Positions 47,145 to 57,600 of a DNA stretch of 64,000 bases are shown one piece after another. The notes beneath the pieces were generated by a model. That model saw nothing but the letters and a program-made list of their open reading frames with translations. It was not told the origin of the DNA and made no database searches. Every line of letters starts with the position of its first letter. Positions within the stretch are counted from its first letter, which is position 1. The stretch is from Spirochaetia bacterium (GTDB taxonomy: Bacteria; Spirochaetota; Spirochaetia; DSM-2461), in NCBI GenBank assembly GCA_963668315.1, contig OY764216.1, positions 3,360,001-3,424,000 of the forward strand, written 5' to 3'. The position numbers were made by a program, and so were the translations under genes.

Positions 47145-48601
47145 AGATAAACGGCTCCCTCTATTTCCTTAAGAGTTGTCTCTCCGGTCGCGGCATATTG
47201 CAGCCCTTGAATGATCAGGGAGGTGAAATCTTCTTTATCAAGATAGTCTCTCAGGTCCGAGACCGAGCCGCCTTTGCTTATCATCTCTTCCAGGGAGGGA
47301 TCGGAGATAATGATCTCCCCCACGGCCATACGGCCTTGATAGCCGGTCTGAGAACATTCCGGGCAACCCTGCGGTTCAAAGAGGGCAGTGGGAACGGCTA
47401 GGCCATAGGCTTTGAAAATCCCCTGCTCCGCCGGAAGAAGGGAGCGCCGGTTCCGGCAGGAGGGACAAAGCCGTCTGACGAGGCGTTGAGCCAAAGCCCC
47501 TTTCAGTACCGATGCGAGCAGATAGGGTTCCACTCCCATATCGATGAGACGGGGGATAACGGAAACCGCATCGTTCGTATGGAGTGTGGAAAGGACCAGG
47601 TGCCCGGTCAATGCTGCCCTCACGGCCAGCTCCGCCGTCTCCCCATCCCGGATCTCTCCCACCATGATGATATTCGGGTCCTGCCTTAACACGCGGCGGA
47701 GGAGAGTTCCAAAGGTTAAGCCGATATCGCTGTTCGTCTGAATCTGGTCGATTCCGTCTATAACGAATTCGATAGGGTCTTCAATGGTGATGATCTTCTT
47801 CTCATCGGAAGCCATCTCCCGCAGAAGACCATTCAGGGTCGTTGTCTTTCCGCTACCTGTGGGCCCGGTCACCAGGATGAGGCCGTGGGGATTCTTAATC
47901 AGCTTTCTCAATGAATCCAGCTGACCCTTTTCGAATCCCAGGTCTTCCAGGGTATTCCGGTTATCCCTTCTGTTCAGCAATCTGAGAACAATGCTCTCGC
48001 CCTCCCGGGCTATGGGCACAATCGACACCCGGAGATCGACCGTCTCTTCTCCCGTTTCCACGGATATTCTACCGTCCTGAGGAAGACGCCGTTCCATAAT
48101 ATTCAGATTGGCCATGATCTTGATACGGGAGGTGAGGGCGTTGAAATGTTCCCGGGGGATGGACCGTACCTTGGTCAGTACCCCGTCTATGCGGAACCGT
48201 ACCGAAACTTCCCGGCTGAAGGCTTCGATATGAATATCCGAAGCCTTCCTGTTCAGAGCTTCCAGGATGAGGGAGTTGACCAGGTTGATCATGGGAGCGT
48301 CCCCCTCCAGCTTCTCTATATCCAGGGAGTCCAGTCTTTCGGAAGAAGCGGAACTGTCCTTTACGGAGTATTTGTCGGCCAAATAGATGGAGAGCTCCCT
48401 CTTGTCAATGAGGACGAAGGCGAGCTTCTTATCGGGGAGATGGTTCTTCAGACGCGTTTTGAGGAGTTGGCTGTCAGCCGTTATTCCCAGAGTATAATCG
48501 ACCCCCTCAGCTTTGAGAAGGAGAGCTCCCTGCTGCTTAATATATTCGGGGGAAAACTGCTCCTTCTCGGGAAGGGGCAGCCATGATTTGAGGGAGGTCA
48601 T
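47141..48601 (-). CDS. gspE: T2SS ATPase E
   Basis: 'ASDIHIE', 'RRLPQDG', 'GPTGSGKTTT', 'LRQDP', 'TGHLVLSTLH', CxxC zinc motifs. Confidence 0.95.
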   Translation of the reverse strand: MTSLKSWLPLPEKEQFSPEYIKQQGALLLKAEGVDYTLGITADSQLLKTRLKNHLPDKKLAFVLIDKRELSIYLADKYSVKDSSASSERLDSLDIEKLEGDAPMINLVNSLILEALNRKASDIHIEAFSREVSVRFRIDGVLTKVRSIPREHFNALTSRIKIMANLNIMERRLPQDGRISVETGEETVDLRVSIVPIAREGESIVLRLLNRRDNRNTLEDLGFEKGQLDSLRKLIKNPHGLILVTGPTGSGKTTTLNGLLREMASDEKKIITIEDPIEFVIDGIDQIQTNSDIGLTFGTLLRRVLRQDPNIIMVGEIRDGETAELAVRAALTGHLVLSTLHTNDAVSVIPRLIDMGVEPYLLASVLKGALAQRLVRRLCPSCRNRRSLLPAEQGIFKAYGLAVPTALFEPQGCPECSQTGYQGRMAVGEIIISDPSLEEMISKGGSVSDLRDYLDKEDFTSLIIQGLQYAATGETTLKEIEGAVYL

Positions 48602-50754
48602 TAGAGATCTCTCCGGCAGTAACGATAGTATGTATCGGAATATACCCTATCATGATTATCTAGAATATCCTCCTCCTTGTAGGGGATGAGAGTAATTATG
48701 AACTCCGTATTCTTCATGGTCTCGTTACGATTCTGAAAGAGATAACCCAGAAGGGGAATATCTCCCAGAATGGGTACCTCGTTTACAACTTCCATCGTTT
48801 CCCGCTGCTTGAGGCCGCTCAGTATAACCGGCTCTCCTGACTGACTGCGGATATGGGTTGTGACCACCTTTTCCGTCGTCGCCGGGACACTGGTATCGCT
48901 GTCGTCGCTAGAGGAGTTAGTCTCGCTAGAAATGGTTGTAGTCACTTCCATGGTAATCATTCCATCCCCGGAGACGGTACCTGTGATTTCTACTATAAGA
49001 CCGGAGGTGATTTCTGTATAACCGGTAACTTCCGTTTCCCCCGTATCGGAGTCAATGGTAGTTGTGGCGATGCGGGAGGTATTGGTATTCTGGAAGCTGA
49101 TTTCCTCTCCGGAAAGACCATGCAGGGTGGTATCGGCCAGAACCCGGGATTGGTTATTGGTCAATTCAAGGCTTAAACCGGCGGCGAATTGGTAACCGAA
49201 TTGGGAGACCACATCGAAATTCAATGAGGCCAGGCCTGCCAGCGCTCCCGTAAAGCCGGTACTGCTGTCATCAGAAGCAGATGAAGCTGTCAGGCTGCTA
49301 TCCAGATTCAACCCTTGATTCTCTTCTATCTGAAGAACCAGCACTTCGTAGCGAAGCTGAGGCATGGGCTTGTCCATGAGAAGGAGCTGCTCTTCGAATC
49401 TCTCCTTCTCTCCCCGAGTCCCCTGGAAAAAGAGAAGCGCCGGATCCTGGGTCTGTTTGATTTGATCTTTTTCCACATTGGGAGGGAGCAGATCCTGCAG
49501 TTCCTCCCATGTTAGATAGTGAAGCTGGATAGGAAAAACAGGAAGCACCGAATCTACCAGTGGGAGATAGGAAGCCAGTTCGCCATGTTTGCTCTCATTC
49601 AAGGAAGCCAGGAAACTTCGTTCCCCTATGGGGATCATGTTGATACCCATCATCTCCGGTCCCAATCTTTTAGTCAACTCATCCAGGGTAATGAATTGGA
49701 GATCGTAGCGTTTATAGGATTTTCCTTCTGACGGTTCATCCAGCTGTCTGATGAAGTCCTCCAAGGGGGCTATATCATCTAGGGTGCCGTTGAGAATAAC
49801 CGTATTTCTCTCTGAACTAATCTTCATGGCTCCCGAATTATTCAGGCTGGAGGGGATGAGGCTGGTCAATTTGTCCACATCAAGATTTTCCAATTCGATC
49901 TCTTCGGTGAGGAAATACCGTTTAAGAATATTCTGCCTGTCCAGATCGAAGATGTAATATACACCGCCCGCCTCCTGATAGGAGGCATTACCCTGTTCCA
50001 GAAGAAGATTCAGCATCTCTTCAAAGGAACGTCCCTTATGCCGGAATTGTTCGATGACATTATCATTGCGTCCCAGGAAAGAATACTCTATTCCTTCCGC
50101 ATCTAACAGATTCGTCAGTGCTTCCCGGAAACGGATTTGCTGGAAATCGGCCTCATAGCTCCGACCGTCCCGAGTAAAGAGCTCTCCCCCTCTGCTACTA
50201 CGTGATCCCCCCGATGAACTAACAGTCGCTTCCTTCCTCAAATAGAAATACCTATCACCCGATTCCAGATAGAACTGGTGATAGGGTTTTATAAGAATCT
50301 CTAGCAATTCCCCGATTGTGCCATTCTGATAATTAACGGAGATGGCATCCCGGGGGAGGGCGTCGTGCAGAATGGTTATCCCCAGATCACGGGATAATCG
50401 CTGAATGAGAAGTTGGAAGTCAACCTGTTCCGCCTGGCAGCTCACCGTACCATTGTCAAGATTGGTTTTAATTTTGCTAACGTAATAAACGCCCTTCTCA
50501 TATCGGTAATAAATCCCGTAATGGCTAAGAAATTGATCAAGAGCCGTATCAAGATCCATATCGGTAAAGTAGTAAGAGGCATAGCCGTCTACGGTCTCAT
50601 CCGAGATAATGGAGCGACCGGAAGTCTGGGCAAGAACCAAAAGAATATCACGGACTGGGCTATCATTGAATTCCATTTCGCTGATGTTTTGTGAAAAAAT
50701 ATTTATTTTAAATAGAAGAATTACTGTAAAAAGTAAAGCTAATTTACGGTACAA
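48601..50754 (-). CDS. gspD: T2SS secretin D
   Basis: Signal peptide, N-domains, and secretin C-terminus 'GEPVILSGL...VPILGDIPLLGYLF'. Confidence 0.9.
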   Translation of the reverse strand: MYRKLALLFTVILLFKINIFSQNISEMEFNDSPVRDILLVLAQTSGRSIISDETVDGYASYYFTDMDLDTALDQFLSHYGIYYRYEKGVYYVSKIKTNLDNGTVSCQAEQVDFQLLIQRLSRDLGITILHDALPRDAISVNYQNGTIGELLEILIKPYHQFYLESGDRYFYLRKEATVSSSGGSRSSRGGELFTRDGRSYEADFQQIRFREALTNLLDAEGIEYSFLGRNDNVIEQFRHKGRSFEEMLNLLLEQGNASYQEAGGVYYIFDLDRQNILKRYFLTEEIELENLDVDKLTSLIPSSLNNSGAMKISSERNTVILNGTLDDIAPLEDFIRQLDEPSEGKSYKRYDLQFITLDELTKRLGPEMMGINMIPIGERSFLASLNESKHGELASYLPLVDSVLPVFPIQLHYLTWEELQDLLPPNVEKDQIKQTQDPALLFFQGTRGEKERFEEQLLLMDKPMPQLRYEVLVLQIEENQGLNLDSSLTASSASDDSSTGFTGALAGLASLNFDVVSQFGYQFAAGLSLELTNNQSRVLADTTLHGLSGEEISFQNTNTSRIATTTIDSDTGETEVTGYTEITSGLIVEITGTVSGDGMITMEVTTTISSETNSSSDDSDTSVPATTEKVVTTHIRSQSGEPVILSGLKQRETMEVVNEVPILGDIPLLGYLFQNRNETMKNTEFIITLIPYKEEDILDNHDRVYSDTYYRYCRRDL

Positions 50755-51196
50755 AGAGACCCTCCGTTTTTAACCATAACGCTAATATAGCACCAAATGA
50801 GAGAAATGGGGCAAAGGGAATAGGCGTTTTTCTGGTCCATTTGTTTTTTTTAAAAAATATGAGCGCGAGGACTAATCCGGAGAGGGAAGCAATGAGTAGG
50901 GAAATGAACCAGTAATAGAGTCCCAGCGTGCCAGAGGTGATGAGGGTGAATTTGGCATCGCCCATACCAATTTTACCTTTTGTGATAAGAGATAATAAAA
51001 TCATGATGATTAACGCAATAATAGAAGGTAATATGGAAATATTTAATCTGCTGTTATTTATGGAAATATTAAGTGTTAGTAAGATGAAAAAGCCAAAAAA
51101 AGTGAGGCTATTCGGTATCTTGAATTTTGATATATCAAAATATGAAGCCAGAAAAAGGAGAAGAAACCATGAAATATAAAAAACGAGTTTTATCAT
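50744..51196 (-). CDS. Prepilin peptidase (A24 family, short form)
   Basis: 'D-x-x-x-x-x-IPN', 'GMGDAK', 'IPFAPFL'; first gene of the operon. Confidence 0.85.
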   Translation of the reverse strand: MIKLVFYISWFLLLFLASYFDISKFKIPNSLTFFGFFILLTLNISINNSRLNISILPSIIALIIMILLSLITKGKIGMGDAKFTLITSGTLGLYYWFISLLIASLSGLVLALIFFKKNKWTRKTPIPFAPFLSFGAILALWLKTEGLFVP

Positions 51197-51606
51197 ATTG
51201 TTCTATTCTTAACTTGGGATAGAATTGTCAAGATACATTATTAATATATTAGTGAGATTGTAAGATCAATATCAAAAACATAAATCTTCAGGTAATCAGA
51301 AAATTTTTTTCCGATTTGACCATTTTGTGAAAATTATGTGTTGAAAAAAATGAATAATGCGATATTTTAACGGGAAAATACAATAAATAGTTATATATAT
51401 GTCAATTGTGCAGATACTCAGAGTTTATTGATTTTATTGTATGAAATTATTCGTAGAATTGTTATTTATTAATGATAGATGTGGATGGATAATACTGTGT
51501 GATCATAATAAAGAAATTAAGAATTTATAGATGATTTTTGATGATCCTATTTCAATTGTTTAAGTGATTGTACATTAACAATACAGTTGTATAAATACCA
51601 TGAGGG

Positions 51607-54600
51607 GTGTTAATGAAAAACAAAAAAATTTTATGTATTCTTTTTTTTCAAATGATTATTCATTATTTGTTTGCAGAATATGATGTCAGCAATAATTTCT
51701 GCAATGTTAGGGATGTTTCATATTCTCCTTCCATTACCGTTTCAAGTGATAAGATTATTCGTGAGCAATTCTTCCTTAGATGGCTGAAGCCAAAGAGTAA
51801 TACAACGTATAATAATTATTGCTATATGATTTTTCTTGATAGTGATAAAGATGGGGAATTCAATGGGAATAAACAAATATTTAATTGGACAGGTATAGGT
51901 AGTAGCTCTGCTTATGATGTTGATATAGATATTAGTATACTTGACAGTGGTGGTAATGATAGAATTATTTATTTTGAGGAAAATATAGGAAACAATGGAT
52001 ATTATGAGACTAGTGTTGATGGTTTTTATAAAGCAAGAAATGCATATAATAGTTCTGGAATCTTTGAAAAAGAAATTGATCTTTCAAGCTTTGAAGGCTT
52101 AACTTCTGGTGATACTATTGGAGTGATTGTTGCTGCTGCACAAGGTAATGCCTTTAAGCAATCATCTGGAATAATACAACCAACAAGTTGTTCTTTATTT
52201 TATTACAGGACGTCATTAATATTAGATAAAAGTGTATTGAATCCATCATTGATTATATCTCAATATAATGATGATGCCCTGAATCATCTTTATGCTAATA
52301 TTATTGATGATAATAGTATTCTATATTACTCTTCTCAGGCTCTAGAAGAAGATAAAAAGATTTTTTTTCATGAATTTACTGATTCTCCATCTGGCTTGAA
52401 TTCCTTAATTATCAATGGTGATGAGGATATACTATATTCAGAAGTTGGTAATTTACTTTTTTCATTTCCATTTTCAGGGGAAATAAATAATACGTATCAA
52501 TTTATGGATAATATCGCAAATTATTCTGATCTTGTAAATGTAAGAACAATAAACGATGATATCAAACCATATCTATTGGATGAACAAGCAACAATTTCAT
52601 ACATTGATATACGTAATCTTGATAAATTTAGTTATATTTTTTCACAGAATATAACAGATGCTCAGAAACTAGGTGGACTATATGGTAGTGGTTTGTATCA
52701 GTACTCTGAGGAAATATCAGTTTCTGTAAATGATACTGAAACGATAACAAATTATAATAATCAATATGAAGATGATGTTCCAATCACAAATAACCAAAAT
52801 GAAGAAGGGAATACAATAATTATTTCAAATCCTTATAATCCTATAAGTCCTTCTGGGGTATATATATTAACTGATTCATTTGAAAAAAGATTTGATAATT
52901 TTTTATATGATATTAAGTATCTCTGGAAGGTCTCTTTCATTGATAATTTATTTAATGTCGCAGACAACCTAATAGATATCGTTTTTGGACGAACTAGACC
53001 ACCAAAGATAGGTTCCGGGGATTCGGATGAAGATCCCATTGTAATAGATGGTAATACGGTAATAGCTAAAGTACAGCTTGGTAAGCAATATGATGATGAT
53101 GATATCGGAATAGAATCTATTCATTTTTCTTATGGTGATATTAGTTATGGTAAAGAAATATTAATGTCAGATATTATTGAAATAGAACCAGACGATAATG
53201 GTTTTACTGTAACAGCTACAGTCGAATTTTCTATTCCTCCAGAAATCGCCCTACAAAAGGGGATAGACTTTTCCGTATACGGAGAGTACAAAAACTCAAA
53301 TGATTCAGATCCGGTACTGTACCATTATATGCGACCGAATACAGAACTTGCTCCCGATTCGAATGATATTGCTCTAACTGTTATGAACAGCCAGGGCATT
53401 GCCTACCCATCATTATCTATGAACGACTCCACAGGTTATTCGGAGAACTCTTATATTTTCTTTTATGTCCCCGAATCTGTAGATGCTCAGCAAAACGGAT
53501 ATACCATTGATCTTTTTCCCTCTACAGATATTGAAGATGACGTACTTACTCTTGTATTAACCGCAGCAGAGGATAATTCGCTAGCAGAGTCTATTGATAT
53601 TGTGTCAGGTCATGTTCTGTTCAGTAGTAATTATCCTCTGAGTAATATTGGGGTGAAAGAATCCTATCAAGTCTCCGATCGTCAGGGTAATCTGATTGAT
53701 CAGAATATTTTAAAAACGTTTTCCGTTCAGTTGGAATCGGATGATTCCCTTATTCTTGATGGGGGAGAGCTGAATACTGAAATACTCTATGATATGAATG
53801 GGGATGGGAAAAACTACCTCTTTTGGGAGTACCACTTCCCGGATGTTGTCACGGATAAGAGTGGAATCCAATCGATAATAGTTGATTGCGATTACACAAA
53901 CGATGAATCCTTTGAAAAAACATTTAGTTTTAGGGGTACTGATGATTTTAATGGTGCTGTTTTCAATGGCTCTTTTCTTCTTGATGAACTAGAGGAAGGG
54001 ACAGATCTAAATGTTGATCTTAGACTCAGTATAAACGATTGGGCAGGAAATAACGTTACCATATCACCTTCAGTTTACTATGATTATAAGAATCCCATAG
54101 TTTTGGAGAGCTCCCGTTCAGAAGATGACGGGACAGGATCAGTTCTGGGGCTTGCTAATCGGGATACGGATGAGAATGATCTCTATTTCAGTTCCTATGA
54201 TAACACCGGAAAAGAGATACGAATCAAACTTGATTGCAGCGATTTTACAGGTAATGAAATCTGTACAATCACACCATCCATGGTCTCTTTCGGCTATGCT
54301 ATAGGAACAATGGAAAACGGTACAGCCGGAACCTTTATTGATACGGATCCAGAGAGTATGGGAACCGATGGTGAGGCCTTCGTAACCATTACCTATACAG
54401 GAGAGGATACCATCCCATCCAATGAGAGATTACGCTTTACCCTGTCCTATGAGGACAGGGCCGGTAATGTCAGTGTTCAGGACTATTTCGTTTATACCCC
54501 CTGCTTTCTAGATATGAATTTTACCGATTATGTTCACCTATCGGAAGATCAGTACGATGCGATATTGGGCCATAACTTCAAATTTGAGAAACTGACCGAT

Positions 54601-57600
54601 ACCGTGGATTTTGAGATTTCTCGCTATACCGAGGTAGGCGGAAGAGAACTTGGTGCGAGTTCCCTGAGTTTTGGTGATGATAAGTTCGATTATGGCTATT
54701 ACCTTGATCCCCATAATGTTCCCCACGAGTATGGCCAGTACTTGATGCTGGGGAAGAACGGCTCCGGCTACTGCTATGATAACAGCGGGGCTAATCCCGG
54801 ATTGAAAGAGACTTTTGAGGGAAAGAATAATATCCCCGTCCTCACGAGAGGCGATTCTCTTGTTAATGGCGTATTCGCTGACGATTCCTATATTCTGGGT
54901 CCTGAGAGTACCTGGAACTATGTCGTTACCGATCCCGATGAGGAGGATGAGTATGTCATAAAAGCCTTTCTCTCTCCCTCCGGGCAGGAGCCGACTGAGG
55001 ATGACCTGATAACTCTGGATGAATATGGGAGCCTGCTTGACGGGGGAAATATTGATCTTTCATCACTCCTGACAGATGATGAAACACTGTCTTCCCAGAA
55101 GAACTATGTCATCAATGGTCAAGAATATACCCTCTATCTTCTTGCGGAAGACAGCTGGACAAGCAGGGTTGATGGGGAACCCCAGTCCCGAGATTTCTGC
55201 ATTGCCGATGAAGGGGCGGAGACTTTCAATTTCACCTATGACAATGAGAGCCCCTCTCTGGTTTATCAATATGAAAAGAATTCCGGATACTCCTATATTT
55301 ATGGTGACATCAATCTTTCCGTTACAGATAATGCTGCGGGCCTTCAGGATATCAGCCTCGACGACCAAACCAGCGATAGCCTGGAAGGGTTCATTAGCCT
55401 GGAAACCCTATCCGATTCGGAATACAGTCACCGGATCTCCGATATCCCCGATAGTACAGAACTAAACACGGTTTATCTGGAACTGATAGATAATGTGGGT
55501 AATAGCAATAGGGTTTCTATCGGCCCCTTTGCCAAGGACAGTCTCGCTCCTGTTCTTGATTCCGTCGGGATCAAGGAACTGACACCCCTTGGTTCCACCT
55601 ATTACCTCAATGATTTAGAAGTCCCTGTTTCCCTAACCTGGTCCGATGGGACATCGGGGGGGGAGGATGTGGAGTATCGTTTTTACCAAGAAGGTGAGAA
55701 CGTATTCACGGGAAAGACTTCCGTGGGGAGTTCAAGCAAGTCGGAACCCGCCTGGGATCTTTTCTGCTCTTTGAGCGGATATTCCTTTAATAACGATATC
55801 TATGAGTTGCGGGTTCGCCTTTTTGATAAGGCTGGGAACGGTTCGGAGTGGATGAGTGTTTTATCCTCTCTCGTCTTTGATACGACAAGTCCCGTCATCA
55901 GGATAACCGGTCTTTCCGGTGGCAGCCTGTATGGGGGGGCTTATTATCTCAATCGTGATAATGATGTTACCCTAAGTACATCCCTTACCGAAGTGAATCC
56001 TGCTTCCGAAGATCCTGATTACCGGATTCAGAATGAAGAGGTCACATTAACAGGAAATAACCTCGCCGATCTTTTGGACGAGAGCAGTGTTTCCGACGGA
56101 GAAGAATACGAGCTTTCCGTGGGGATAGCTGACCTGGCGGGGAACTTCGGCTGGAGTGAACCGGTTACTCTTCGTATAGATGAGACCGCTCCTGCTATGG
56201 CCTCAGACAGTCTTGTCTATGGTGGTAATGCCACGTCATTCTACTCGGGAGGACAATTCCGTTTCAGTTTGGAAAATGTAGATGACGATCTGGCAGGTTT
56301 CTTCGTAACCATAGGGCAGGAAGAAGACGGAACATTCCAGCCTTCCCTCAGTGAGTTGATCACGGGTCACTTGTCCGATGGTTCCGTTGCGTTCAGTTAT
56401 ATACCGGGTAGTGTCTACAATATCAACATTCCCGATGTGGAGAGCGGTAATTATACCATTCAAGTTTACGGCGTTGATCATACTGGTAACGTAGGGGCTA
56501 TGACGGAAATGGACACTCATCTTCCCATAGATAACAGCCAGGGACGGGTGATTGTCAAAGACAGCAGTATCTATACCAACAACTCCCATGCTCTTAGTGC
56601 CTATTGGGAATACAAGGAAGGGGAGGATTCTGTCGTTGACGAAGAGGATTCCATAAACGGCTACTACTACCGTATCTACAGTGTAGCGGAGAATCAGCCC
56701 GTTACCGCATGGAACTATACCTCTGAAGGCTCCGCCGATTATCTCTTTGAGAATGCCCTGACCAATGGGGATACCTATTTCTTCGAGGTGTATGCCGTTT
56801 TTGATAGCGGCCATCTCACTTATACTGGATACAGCAGCGGGGCGATTGTAGACCTTGTCGCTCCCGACGTGCAGGCTCTATCCCTCCCAGAGTATTCAAC
56901 CCTTTCCGGACTTTCCTTGAGCTGGAGCGCCTCCGATAGTGAGACGTTTATCGAAAGCGTGGAAGCGATGGTGGAAATCTACGATTACGACGATGAGGGA
57001 AACCTTCTTTTTGATACGGAAGAGATCGACGGTAATGAAATCAAAACGGCCAGAAAGATTGTTTCCGGTCCCTACATGCTGGGTAACGGCGAGACGGGAG
57101 AGGATGTGGCTGTCTTTTCTGCGGAAGAAGCGGCTGCCTTTGACCTCCCCGATGGGGAGAGTCTCTTTGTGGTTCTCCGCATAACGGATCGTGCGGGGAA
57201 TGTGAAGGAAACTTCGGCCGGTGTATGTATCAAAGATGACAGCGCTCCCCCCTCTCCCGTTGTAATTGATCTAGGGGATTACGTGAATCCTCTCTATAAC
57301 TCTCTTGCCTTTGACTGGACCCATAGTCCGATAGATGGGGATAGCGGTTTTAAGGAGTATACCTACCAGATTCTGGCCGACGGGACGTCCCCGGGGGATG
57401 AATGGATTCCTATTGACGGAAACAGTCTCACCCTCACCAAGGGTGAGGGAGATGACATCATCTATACCCTTTCCGATGGGAGCGAGTTGACTCTGGATAA
57501 TGGTTCCCATGTCAGAATGGCTCTGCGGGTAACGAACCGGGCGGGCCTTTCCACGGTCGGCTACAGCAACGGCATTATCCTGGATACCTCAAAACCAGAA